Source: Clostridiales bacterium (lineage in GTDB: Bacteria > Bacillota > Clostridia > Oscillospirales > CAG-272). From it: a stretch of 64,000 nt of DNA. Of this stretch, positions 29,632-39,600 are shown one piece after another (the first letter of the stretch is position 1; the number at the start of each line of letters is the position of its first letter). Where the stretch lies: contig JAAWQR010000004.1 of NCBI GenBank assembly GCA_022800625.1, forward strand, positions 24,678 to 88,677. Reading direction: 5' to 3'. The position numbers and the translations under genes were made by a program. The notes beneath the pieces are model-generated. The model was not told where the DNA came from, ran no database searches, and saw only the letters and a program-made list of their open reading frames with translations.

Positions 29632-30561
29632 ATGGACAAACATATTTCAGCTCTTGATGAAGCACTGTCATGTCTCCCATACAGACTTACAGCTGCAGTT
29701 TTGAAGCGCGCCGAGCATATACGCACAGGGATTTGCGAAATAAGGCTTCGCGTCGGACGAGAGTTATATATAACCTGCGGAGGCTTCAATATCCCGTGCG
29801 GAGTTATGTGTACAGCGGAAGATATGGATCATACAGTCAGGAGACTCTGCGGAAATTCACTCTATTCTCACAGCGAAACCATAAGAGAGGGATATATAAC
29901 AACACCCGGAGGAGTCAGGGCGGGAATTTGCGGCAGGGCGGTCGTTGACCGCGGAGAAATAGCGACCGTCACCGATATAGCATCACTGAATATAAGAATA
30001 CCGACACGGGTACGCGGTGCCGCAGACGCTGCATATGCTCTTTTGGAGGAAGATTCATTCTCTTCGGGACTGCTCGTGTATTCTGCCCCGGGAGTAGGAA
30101 AGACGACTCTGCTGCGCGAGCTTGCAGTAAAGCTTGCAAGCGGAGAGAAAGCAATGCGCGTAGCTATCGTTGATTCCAGATGCGAAATAGCGGCAGGAAT
30201 TAACGAGGCAATAACCGCGGACGTGCTGTCCGGATATCCGCGTGGTAAAGGAATCGAGATTGCAATACGCACTCTTTCTCCTCAATATATCATATGTGAT
30301 GAAATATCTTCAGCTCAGGACGCCGAAGCTGTCTTGGAGGCAGGAGCGTCCGGAGTTCGCATAATAGCATCGGCTCATGCAGGCTCATACGCTGAGCTTT
30401 GCCGTTCCGAATTTATGAAAAATCTTAACCGTGAAGCAGTCTTCGGTACATATCTCGGTCTGCTTGGACGAGACAGACGCGGAAAATACAAAACAGAGAT
30501 TTCAAAAACCGTAAATCTTGAAGAAGAAATACTTCAAGCGACGGCGGATACAATAAAATGA
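29632..30561 (+). CDS. spoIIIAA: Stage III sporulation protein AA (ATPase)
   Basis: EIRLR.GR, EGYIT..GG.RAGICG, SAPGVGKTTLLRE, VDSR.EIA, SPQYIICDEI. Confidence 0.93.
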   Translation: MDKHISALDEALSCLPYRLTAAVLKRAEHIRTGICEIRLRVGRELYITCGGFNIPCGVMCTAEDMDHTVRRLCGNSLYSHSETIREGYITTPGGVRAGICGRAVVDRGEIATVTDIASLNIRIPTRVRGAADAAYALLEEDSFSSGLLVYSAPGVGKTTLLRELAVKLASGEKAMRVAIVDSRCEIAAGINEAITADVLSGYPRGKGIEIAIRTLSPQYIICDEISSAQDAEAVLEAGASGVRIIASAHAGSYAELCRSEFMKNLNREAVFGTYLGLLGRDRRGKYKTEISKTVNLEEEILQATADTIK

Positions 30562-31037
30562 CGCATGAAATCGTGGGAGCTTTATTCGTATTAACGGCTT
30601 CTGTACTTGTAGGACTGGATATTTGTTCCCTTGAATCTGAAAAAATAAAGCAGGGCGAAGAATTATGCGCTCTTTTAAGACACATAAGAAGTAACATTGA
30701 TTTCTTTCTTACCCCTGTTAATGAGATACTGCATGACTATTCGTCTCCGGCTCTCGACAGATGCGGCTTTATATCGGTAATGAAGGAAAAAGGACTGAAA
30801 ACCGCGCTTCAGGACGGCGGCTTGACGGTTCGAGGTAAGACTATTGAGCTTCTGTCAGCATTTTCGGATGAACTTGGGGCAGGATACCGTGAGGACGAGC
30901 TGAAAAGATGTGATTATTACATAGAAAAACTGAATGACGAAAACAGAGCGGCGGCAGAAAAATTTTTGAAGAATAAAAAAATGTATAAATATTTGCCCCC
31001 TCTCTGCGTCATTTCTATAATAATACTTTTTATCTGA
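30558..31037 (+). CDS. spoIIIAB: Stage III sporulation protein AB
   Basis: Operon position, N- and C-terminal TM, LG....DE pattern. Confidence 0.8.
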   Translation: MTHEIVGALFVLTASVLVGLDICSLESEKIKQGEELCALLRHIRSNIDFFLTPVNEILHDYSSPALDRCGFISVMKEKGLKTALQDGGLTVRGKTIELLSAFSDELGAGYREDELKRCDYYIEKLNDENRAAAEKFLKNKKMYKYLPPLCVISIIILFI

Positions 31038-31070
31038 CGGCGTCACTTACAGAAAGGCAAGGATATAAAA

Positions 31071-31265
31071 TTGGATTCAGCTCTTTTAATTAAGGTAGCA
31101 GGCATCGGACTGCTTGTAGCGGTTGCTCATCAAATACTGACAAGAGCGGGCAGAGAGGAGCAGGCAATGCTGCTTTCCGTCACAGGAACGGTTGTAGTAC
31201 TTCTGATGCTGACGGAAAAGATCGGTGATCTATTTAATTCCATCAGGAGCATTTTCGGCATATGA
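31071..31265 (+). CDS. spoIIIAC: Stage III sporulation protein AC
   Basis: KVAGIGLLVAVAHQIL..AGREEQA motif; TTG start. Confidence 0.92.
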   Translation: MDSALLIKVAGIGLLVAVAHQILTRAGREEQAMLLSVTGTVVVLLMLTEKIGDLFNSIRSIFGI

Positions 31266-31648
31266 CTGAACTTATAAAAATATGCGCCGCAGCGCTTATT
31301 GCTTTGATTGCAGCAGTTATTCTGAAAGCCGCAAAAATGCCGAATGCCGAAATAATAGCTTTAGTTTTTATAGGTATTGTCAGCACAAGACTTATATTTA
31401 ACTTGGAGCAAACAGTCGCGCTTATAAAGAATATGTCGGAAGAAACTGCCGTTCTGCCGTATTTGGAGATTTTATTTAAAGCACTCGGTATAGCCCTAAT
31501 AACCGATTTTACATCGGATCTGTGCAAAAATGCGGGAGAAGGCATGATTGCGGAATACGTAGGTCTTGCGGGGAGAAGCGAGATCATGCTGCTGTCTCTC
31601 CCGCTGATACGCGAGCTGATGAGCATTTCCACAGGACTTGTCGGCTGA
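31262..31648 (+). CDS. spoIIIAD: Stage III sporulation protein AD
   Basis: YLEILFKALGIA.IT.F..DLCK.AGE motif. Confidence 0.9.
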   Translation: MTELIKICAAALIALIAAVILKAAKMPNAEIIALVFIGIVSTRLIFNLEQTVALIKNMSEETAVLPYLEILFKALGIALITDFTSDLCKNAGEGMIAEYVGLAGRSEIMLLSLPLIRELMSISTGLVG

Positions 31649-31688
31649 AATAGAACGGAAAAATAAAAACGATCGGAAAACTAAGGAC

Positions 31689-32852
31689 ATGAAAAAAATC
31701 ATTCTGCGTATTATTCTCGCTGTCATATGTATTTGCTTTCTTTCGCTTCCTGTTTTTTCGAGCGAATATGAATTTGGCGCGGGAGAAGAATATACGGATA
31801 TGTATCCCGAAGATGAGATGGACGCTCTTATATCAAACCTCCCCGAAGAAGTCAAGAATGAAATTTCTGACTTCATAAAGGCTCGCGATGACAGCGACAG
31901 ATATGATGCGCTTTCCGATAAGCTGAGCTTTTCATATTGGGTAAAGTATGCGGCACGGGAAGTAAAAGAGCTTTTTATGCCAAAGCTGTGTGACTTTGCG
32001 GGAATGCTCTGTCTCATATTATCGTGTGCGGCTGTATCCCATATCTCAGCCTTGCACAGCGGCGGCGGGGGTGCCGGAGAGATCTGCTCGCTTGTCGTAA
32101 CTCTGGTGAGCGCCTTATCGGTGACGGGAGCCGCCTCATCTGCGGCAAATCTTGTTGAAAGCTATATTTCAAGGATATGCGCTATGATGAACGCTATGCT
32201 TCCCGTCATGAATGCGGTTATGATAAGCTCGGGTACGCTCACTCAGATGTCGGTAAATTCGTCGGCTTTAATGCTGTATATCACGGTCACGGAAAATATC
32301 TTCAGAATGATACTGATCCCCGCATCCGGAGCGCTTCTTGCGCTCAGTACTGTATCGGGAGTATTCAAAAAAATCAATATCGGCAGCTTTATATCTTCCA
32401 TTAAAAATATAGTAACAAAAGCGCTCATGTTTTCGATGCTTATATTCTCGTTTATTTTAGGAGTGCAAAGCTCGCTTGCCAGAAGCGCTGACGGACTAGC
32501 TTCAAGAACTGTGAAATTTGTGCTAGGAAGCTCTGTTCCGATCGTCGGCGGCGCGGTATCGGAAGCTATAACAACAGTAAGCTCAGCACTCTCGCTTATA
32601 AGAAAAATGACAGGCAGTATCGGAATTATAATAATACTGCTGATAGTCTTGCCGACACTGATAAATCTTACTTTGAACCGAGCGCTTTTTTCACTTTGCC
32701 GAAGTGTCTCTGAGCTTCTCGGCTGTGATGAAATGAGCCGCATAATATCGGATGCTGATTCGGTTCTTGCAATTTTTGCGGGAGCGGCGGCTGTCACAGC
32801 CGTGCTGTTTGTATTTGCCGTAACTCTGTTTATGAATTCGGGACTTACATAA
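31689..32852 (+). CDS. spoIIIAE: Stage III sporulation protein AE
   Basis: Polytopic; VP.VGGAVSEA..TV motif; start MKKIILR at 31689 behind an AAGGA RBS. Confidence 0.9.
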   Translation: MKKIILRIILAVICICFLSLPVFSSEYEFGAGEEYTDMYPEDEMDALISNLPEEVKNEISDFIKARDDSDRYDALSDKLSFSYWVKYAAREVKELFMPKLCDFAGMLCLILSCAAVSHISALHSGGGGAGEICSLVVTLVSALSVTGAASSAANLVESYISRICAMMNAMLPVMNAVMISSGTLTQMSVNSSALMLYITVTENIFRMILIPASGALLALSTVSGVFKKINIGSFISSIKNIVTKALMFSMLIFSFILGVQSSLARSADGLASRTVKFVLGSSVPIVGGAVSEAITTVSSALSLIRKMTGSIGIIIILLIVLPTLINLTLNRALFSLCRSVSELLGCDEMSRIISDADSVLAIFAGAAAVTAVLFVFAVTLFMNSGLT

Positions 32853-32894
32853 TCACAAAAGCTGATAAGTTTTCAAAAGAGAGGTAAGACAACT

Positions 32895-33377
32895 ATGTCG
32901 GAATATATAAAAAACGTGATGACAGCGGGAGCGGTATGCACTCTCGTAATGATGCTCCTTCCGCACGGCGACGGACAAAACGGTAAATATGTCAAATACA
33001 TATGCAGCGCTGTGGTTCTGCTAATCATAATTTCTCCGATTCGCTCTGCCGCCTCTTTCTTTACGGATATAAAAGAGACCGTGACTGAGATAGAAGAAAC
33101 AATACCCGCCGAAACAGAGGAAGCGGAAGCGGCGGCTGTCATTGGATTGACTGCGGAAAATATTTCTGAATATATTATAAGCGTCTGCGGAGAAAAATTT
33201 GGATTTGATACCGAAAAAATACGCGTCAAGCTTGTGATTGACGACAGCGATTCAGAGAATGTCATAATAGAAGAGATACAGCTTTTTACCGATGAAAACG
33301 ACAGAAGCCGCAGAGACGATTTAAAAAAATATCTTGAAGAACTGCTCTTGACGGATGTCCGAGTTTTCGGAAGATAG
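32895..33377 (+). CDS. spoIIIAF: Stage III sporulation protein AF
   Basis: LLP....GKYVK.IC...LLIIISP motif; operon position. Confidence 0.85.
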   Translation: MSEYIKNVMTAGAVCTLVMMLLPHGDGQNGKYVKYICSAVVLLIIISPIRSAASFFTDIKETVTEIEETIPAETEEAEAAAVIGLTAENISEYIISVCGEKFGFDTEKIRVKLVIDDSDSENVIIEEIQLFTDENDRSRRDDLKKYLEELLLTDVRVFGR

Positions 33378-33416
33378 GAATGTTTTCAAAATTACAGAGA
33401 AAGACGGTGAAAAAAT

Positions 33417-33920
33417 TTGAAAATTAAATTCTCAGAAATATTTAAGAAAAAGAGCGCTGTTATCACAGCAGTCTGCCTTGTGCTCGGCGTGCTGTTGATA
33501 TTATTCCCTTCCAAAACGGATAAGGACACTAATAATAAAAAAACGCCCTCTGCGGAAGCGTCGGCGGAAAGCTATACGGAAAAGCTGGAGAAGCGAATAC
33601 TGGAACTGTGCTCCGCTGTAAAAGGAGCGGGAAATGTGCGCGTGCTTATAACACTTGAATCAGGCAGCGAATACGTATATGCAGACAACATTGACGAAGA
33701 AAAAAGAGCCGACGGAAGCTCAGCCGGCGCTTCAGATTACATTATAATAAACAGCGGAGAGGGAGAAGCTCCTGTTCTTGTACGCGAAATTTATCCTAAG
33801 GTGCGCGGAGTAGCCGTTGTGTGCGACGGCGGTGCATCAGCCGATATATGTGAAAAAATAACGTCTCTGCTGTCGGCATCCCTCGGAATCTCCGCAAACA
33901 GAGTAAAAGTTACATCATAA
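33417..33920 (+). CDS. spoIIIAG: Stage III sporulation protein AG
   Basis: Y...LE.R....CS.V.GAG.V.VLITLE; P.VRGVAVVC.GG; N-terminal TM. Confidence 0.9.
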   Translation: MKIKFSEIFKKKSAVITAVCLVLGVLLILFPSKTDKDTNNKKTPSAEASAESYTEKLEKRILELCSAVKGAGNVRVLITLESGSEYVYADNIDEEKRADGSSAGASDYIIINSGEGEAPVLVREIYPKVRGVAVVCDGGASADICEKITSLLSASLGISANRVKVTS

Positions 33921-33933
33921 TTTTTAAAATCGG

Positions 33934-33962
33934 TTCTAATTCTACGCGGCATAACATATAAT
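33934..33962 (+). promoter_or_regulatory. Putative internal sigma-E promoter for spoIIIAH
   Basis: TTCTAAT-14 nt-CATATAAT in the AG-AH intergenic space. Confidence 0.6.
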
Positions 33963-34007
33963 CATAGTGCAAATAAAAATCTATAATCATATTCAGGAGA
34001 GAAAGAT

Positions 34008-34613
34008 ATGAAAAAAGAAAAGCTTGAACGGGTAGTCGGAAAAATCAAAGAGCTTATAAGCAAAATGGGGCGAAGGTCAATAGCGGCGGTTTGTGCGGTA
34101 TTTCTTATCGGATGTGCAGTAGCCTTAAATTTTGTTTTATTCAAAAATGACGGTCAGCAACTCGAAGATGAAAACAAACCGGCTATAAATCTTGAAGGAC
34201 TGACTGACGGCGACTCATTTGAAATTCCAGCAAACGCTGACGGAGAAAATGAAAACATTGACGATTATTTCTCTAAAGCTTCACTTGAAAGAAAGCAGAC
34301 GCGCGATCAGGCGATGGAAGTTCTGCTTGAGGTAACCGAAAGCAATGAAGCCCTCGACGAAGCAAAGCAGGCGGCAATGGCTGACATAAACAAACTTGCT
34401 CTCGACATTGAGAGAGAAGGAAACATAGAAACTATGATAACCGCAAAGGGTTTTGAGAAATGCGTAGCTGTTGTAAACGGAGACAGCGCAAGCGTAATCG
34501 TTGCAAAGGATACGCTGACTCCCGGAGAAACTGCTCAGATCAGTGAGATCGTGTACGAGGCTGCCGGAATCGTTCCCGCTAATCTTACAATAATCGAAAA
34601 ATCAGCCGGCTGA
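34008..34613 (+). CDS. spoIIIAH: Stage III sporulation protein AH
   Basis: TM anchor; YF....LER.Q.R; E..IE..I.AKGF..CV; V.V....LT....AQI..IV. Confidence 0.92.
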   Translation: MKKEKLERVVGKIKELISKMGRRSIAAVCAVFLIGCAVALNFVLFKNDGQQLEDENKPAINLEGLTDGDSFEIPANADGENENIDDYFSKASLERKQTRDQAMEVLLEVTESNEALDEAKQAAMADINKLALDIEREGNIETMITAKGFEKCVAVVNGDSASVIVAKDTLTPGETAQISEIVYEAAGIVPANLTIIEKSAG

Positions 34614-34640
34614 AAAAACAAAATTCCCGCTTTTTAAAAA

Positions 34641-34710
34641 AAAGCTGCCCGCCTTTCCGTAATTCATTATCCGTTTTGCCGGATTTGTTCACGGAAGGCA
34701 GGGCAGCTTT
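34641..34710. terminator. Long stem-loop between convergent spoIIIAH and ferritin
   Basis: aaagctgcccgcctttccgt / acggaaggcagggcagcttt arms. Confidence 0.7.
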
Positions 34711-34718
34711 ACTTTTGA

Positions 34719-35231
34719 TTAAAGAACAAGGCTCGGCGCGGAATATACGCGTCCCGCAAGCTCCTGATTCAGAAGATAAAGACTCTTCGGATCATCTCCG
34801 AACAACTCGAATTTCTTAACCATAGCGTCTGCGTTTGTTTCTTCCTCTCCCTGCTCTTTAACAAACCAGTCAAGGAACTGCATCGTTCTGAAATCCTTAA
34901 TGCTGTATGCAGCGTCGTATATGTTATGAATCAGACTTGTCACATAACGCTCATGCTCAGCTCCTGCAAGAAGCGGATCAATAGGATTAACGAACACCTT
35001 ATCAGGCTTTGCTACAGCTTCAAGCGTTATCTTGACGCCGTTGTTCTGTAAGTACTTCATAATGAGCATAGCATGATCTCGTTCTTCCTGAGCCTGAATA
35101 TTATACCAATTTCCAAAACCGTCAAGGTCGTTTTCAATATAATAATTTGCCATATCAAGATAAAGATATGCGCTGTACAGTTCCTTATTTATCTGATCGT
35201 TTAAAAGATCGGTTACTTTCTTATCCAACAT
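34719..35231 (-). CDS. ftnA: Non-haem ferritin
   Basis: LNDQINKELYSAYLY, QAQEERDHA, HERYVT..I, FL.WFVKEQ.EEE ferroxidase residues; start MLDKK at 35231. Confidence 0.93.
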   Translation of the reverse strand: MLDKKVTDLLNDQINKELYSAYLYLDMANYYIENDLDGFGNWYNIQAQEERDHAMLIMKYLQNNGVKITLEAVAKPDKVFVNPIDPLLAGAEHERYVTSLIHNIYDAAYSIKDFRTMQFLDWFVKEQGEEETNADAMVKKFELFGDDPKSLYLLNQELAGRVYSAPSLVL

Positions 35232-35281
35232 TATTTTTTCTTTGCCTTTCTTTAAAATTATAAATCGTTCCTGATATACAA

Positions 35282-35317
35282 AAAGCGGGAACAGCATTGA
35301 CCTGTCCCCGCCTTTTT
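35282..35317 (-). terminator. Terminator after rubredoxin
   Basis: aagcgggaacag/ctgtccccgcctt stem with flanking A/T tracts. Confidence 0.7.
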
Positions 35318-35347
35318 TGTTATGCTTAACAAGTTTCGGGGAAAGAT

Positions 35348-35503
35348 TTATTCCTTCTCAAAAACTTCTTTTCCGAGTCCGCATGTGGGGCAAACCCAAT
35401 CTTCCGGAACATCTTCCCACGGAGTACCCGGAGCTACTCCGTTATCGGGATCGCCTACGGCAGGATCGTATTCATATCCGCAGGGGCAAACATATTTTTC
35501 CAT
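35348..35503 (-). CDS. rub: Rubredoxin (51 aa, not in the ORF track)
   Basis: Hand translation [51 protein letters not shown]-stop; AATGGAG RBS. Confidence 0.95.
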   Translation of the reverse strand: MEKYVCPCGYEYDPAVGDPDNGVAPGTPWEDVPEDWVCPTCGLGKEVFEKE

Positions 35504-35696
35504 AATTAATCTCCATTCAGCCGTTTCAGAGGCTGCACAAATCTAAATTAAACTTACTGTGTATGCGTAGCAGACAAAAATGGGTTGGGTCCCCATTTTC
35601 AACTTCACAGATGAATCTGTGAAGTCGGTAAATTGGGCGTGAAACCGGTTTACTCTATTCCTGCAGTATCGTATCTTTCACGCTAATCTCCCGTTA

Positions 35697-36236
35697 TTAC
35701 TTAAAATATCTGTTGAGAAGTCCTTCAAATGCCTTACCGTGTCTAGCCTCGTCACGAGCCATTTCATGAACGGTATCGTGGATAGCGTCAAGACCTGCTG
35801 CCTTTGCACGCTTTGCGAGATCAGTCTTTCCGGCAGTTGCGCCGTTCTCAGCCTCAACTCTCATCTCAAGATTTTTCTTTGTGGAATCCGTTACGACTTC
35901 ACCGAGAAGCTCTGCAAACTTTGCGGCATGCTCAGCTTCTTCATAAGCTGCTTTTTCCCAGTAAAGACCGATCTCGGGATAGCCTTCTCTGTGAGCAACT
36001 CTTGCCATAGCAAGATACATACCGACTTCTGTGCACTCTCCGTTGAAGTTAGCGCGGAGATCTTCAATAATATCCTCAGAAACGCCGTTTGCTACTCCTA
36101 CAACGTGCTCGGCAGCCCATGACATAGAGCCGTCCTGTGCCGTAAACTTTGAAGCGGGAGCCTTGCACTGAGGGCAGAATTCCGGAGCAGAATCTCCTTC
36201 ATGAACATAACCGCATACCTGACATACAAATTTCAT
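35697..36236 (-). CDS. rbr: Reverse rubrerythrin (NADH peroxidase)
   Basis: N-terminal CQVCGY..CPQC rubredoxin-like domain before a di-iron bundle (E..E, EEAEH, EARH). Confidence 0.93.
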   Translation of the reverse strand: MKFVCQVCGYVHEGDSAPEFCPQCKAPASKFTAQDGSMSWAAEHVVGVANGVSEDIIEDLRANFNGECTEVGMYLAMARVAHREGYPEIGLYWEKAAYEEAEHAAKFAELLGEVVTDSTKKNLEMRVEAENGATAGKTDLAKRAKAAGLDAIHDTVHEMARDEARHGKAFEGLLNRYFK

Positions 36237-36283
36237 AACCTTAAATTCCTTTCGTTAAAAAGATTTTTTGTTTTTATAACTTT

Positions 36284-36312
36284 ATTATAAAGCATATTTT
36301 TCCTCTTGTCAA
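36284..36312 (-). promoter_or_regulatory. Consensus sigma-A promoter for rbr-rub
   Basis: Minus strand TTGACA(36312-36307)-17-TATAAT(36289-36284). Confidence 0.85.
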
Positions 36313-36541
36313 TAGATTTTCGCAAAATTCCCACTGTAAAGATATGATTTTTTATTTTTCTTCATTCTTGAAATTTCCGAATGCGAAAAATATCTTATAA
36401 TAAGGCGAAGTATCTTTGATTTTTCGGATTTTTGACAGGTCAGCCGACAATATTTCGGAAGTAAAAATCAAATTTCCCTCATCTTATCAGCTTTTACATA
36501 CATTTTCATGAAAAAAACAGCGTCTTTTGTCTGAATAGATA

Positions 36542-36570
36542 TTTACAATCAAGCAGAATTGAGTTATAAT
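36542..36570 (+). promoter_or_regulatory. Sigma-A promoter for nifJ
   Basis: TTTACA-17-TATAAT. Confidence 0.7.
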
Positions 36571-36645
36571 AATCTGTGTGTGATGAAAACCAACTTGTCC
36601 ACATACAATCTTATATGCTAATAATTTTATTGGAGGAATATATTT

Positions 36646-39600
36646 ATGGCAAGAAAAAAGATTTCCATGGATGGTAACACCGCCGCGGCTCACGCTTCCT
36701 ATGCGTTTACCGAAGTTGCTGCTATCTATCCGATCACGCCCTCTTCACCGATGGCTGACGTGACAGACACATGGTCTGCCGGCGGTCTCAAAAACATTAT
36801 GGGCGACACCGTAAAGGTTGTGGAGATGCAGTCTGAAGCAGGTGCGGCAGGTGCCGTTCACGGTTCTCTCGCAGCAGGCGCTCTGACTACTACATACACG
36901 GCTTCTCAGGGTCTTCTTCTTATGATCCCTAACATGTACAAGATCGCAGGCGAGCTTCTTCCTTGTGTTATCCATGTATCTGCCCGCTGCGTTGCAAGCC
37001 ATGCGCTCAATATCTTCGGAGATCACTCTGATATTTACGCTTGCCGTCAGACAGGCTTTGCTATGCTTGCTGAGACAAACCCGCAGGAGATCATGGACCT
37101 CGGCGCTGTAGCTCACCTCGCAGCTATCAAGGGACGTGTTCCTGTGCTCAACTTCTTCGACGGATTCAGAACCTCTCACGAGATTCAGAAAATTGAAGCT
37201 TGGGACTATGAAGATCTCGCTTCCATGGTTGACCGCGACGCTATCGCTGATTTCCGTGCACGCGCTATCAATCCGGAGCATCCTGTTCTCCGCGGCTCTG
37301 CAGAAAACGGAGATATCTTCTTCCAGCACAGAGAAGCTTGCAACAAGTATTATGATGCTTTCCCGGCTATCGTTGAGGATTACATGAATCAGGTCAACGA
37401 GAAGATCGGTACAGACTATAAGCTCTTCAACTACTACGGCGCACCCGACGCTGAGCGCGTTATCGTCGCTATGGGTTCAATCTGCGACGTTGCGGAAGAA
37501 GTTATCGATTATCTTCTCGCAGCAGGCGAGAAGGTAGGTCTTGTAAAGGTTCGCCTTTACCGTCCGTTCGTTGCGGAAAAGCTTGCTGAGGCTATCCCTG
37601 CAACATGTAAGAAGATCGCTGTTCTTGACAGAACAAAAGAGCCGGGTGCTCTCGGCGAGCCTCTCTATCTTGACGTTGTTGCAGCTCTCGCCGTTACAGG
37701 CAGAAGCGATATTAAAGTTGTCGGCGGACGCTACGGTCTCGGCTCAAAGGATACTCCTCCGCAGTCCGTATTCGCAGTATACAACAACCTCGCTCAGGAC
37801 GAGCCTAAGAACGGTTTCACCATTGGTATCGTTGACGACGTTACGGGACGTTCTCTCGTTGAAGTTCCCGCTCCCGATACAGCTGCTCCCGGTACAATAT
37901 CATGCAAGTTCTGGGGTCTTGGCGGAGACGGTACTGTCGGCGCTAACAAGAACTCAATTAAGATCATCGGCGACCACACCGACAAGTATATTCAGGCATA
38001 CTTCCAGTACGACTCAAAGAAAACAGGCGGCGTAACTATTTCACACCTCCGCTTCGGCGACAGCCCGATAAAGAGCCCGTACTACATCTCAAAGGCTGAC
38101 TTTGTTGCATGCCATAACCCGTCATATATCGTTAAGGGTTACAAGATAGTCAACGACGTAAAGCCGGGCGGTAAGTTCCTTCTTAACTGTCAGTGGACAC
38201 CCGCTGAGGTTGAAGAGCACCTCCCTGCTGAGGCTAAGAAATACATCGCTGACAATAACATCGAATTCTATATCGTAAACGCTATCGACAAGGCGCGCGA
38301 AATCGGAATGGGCAAGAGAACAAACACCATTCTCCAGTCCGCATTCTTCGCACTTGCAAACATCATGCCGATAGCCGAAGCTGTCGACTACATGAAGTAC
38401 ATGGCTAAGAAGTCATACTCCAAGAAGGGTGACGCTGTAGTCGAGATGAACTACAAAGCTATCGACGCAGGCGTTGATGCAATCGTTAAGGTTGAGATTC
38501 CCGAAACATGGAAGAGTCTCGATCCTGCAGCTCCTGCAAAAACCGCCGAGGGAGAGAGAGCTGACCTTGTTAAATTCGTAAACGAGATCGTAACTCCCGT
38601 AGGAATGATGCAGGGAGACGCACTTCCCGTATCTGCATTCACAGATCATGCAGACGGTACGTTCCCGCAGGGTTCCGCTGCATATGAGAAGCGCGGCGTT
38701 GCCGTTGACGTTCCTGTATGGCATCCGGAAAATTGTATCCAGTGTAACCAGTGTGCGTTCGTCTGCCCGCATGCCGCTATCCGTCCTGTTGCTATGACTG
38801 CTGACGAGGCTGCCGCAGCTCCTGAGTCAACTAAGTTTGCACCGAAGCCGGTAGTAAAGACCGATTACAAGTTTACAATGGCTATCTCTCCGCTGGACTG
38901 CATGGGATGCACACTCTGCGTCAAGGCATGTCCGACGAAGGAAGGCAAGAGAGCGCTTGAGATGACTTCTCAGGAATCTCAGCTCGATCAGGCTTCCGCT
39001 TGGGATTACGCTGTAAACAAGGTTTCCGAGAAATCCGATATCATCGGAAAGACTGTTAAAGCAAGCCAGTTCAAGCAGCCTCTGCTTGAGTTCTCAGGCT
39101 CTTGCGCAGGATGTGCAGAGACTTCATACGCACGTCTTATTACACAGCTCTTCGGTGAAAGAATGTACATCTCCAACGCTACGGGATGCTCTTCAATTTG
39201 GGGAGGCAGCGCACCTGCAACTCCGTACACCGTAAACAATACATCCGGTCACGGTCCTGCATGGGCTAACTCACTCTTTGAGGACAACGCAGAGCACGGT
39301 CTCGGTATGTTCCTCGGACAGAAGGTTATCCGTGAGAGATATATCGAAAAGGTTAAGGCTCTTGCAGCTCTTTATGAAGAGATCGGAGCTACACAGGAAT
39401 ACAAGGATGCGGTCTCTGATTACCTTGCAACAGTAGACGATGCTGAAGCTAACGAAAAGGCTACAAGAACATTGGTTAAGCTCCTTGAAGAGGATGTTGC
39501 ACGCGGAACATGCCAAAGCGTACCCGCTGAGCGCGAGATTCTCGAAGGTAAGGATTACCTCAACAAGAAGTCTGTATGGATCTTCGGCGGAGACGGATGG

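Noticed and set aside
36571-36645. Rex operator upstream of nifJ (and ldh)
   Set aside because: No convincing TTGTTAA-N4-TTAACAA-like dyad.
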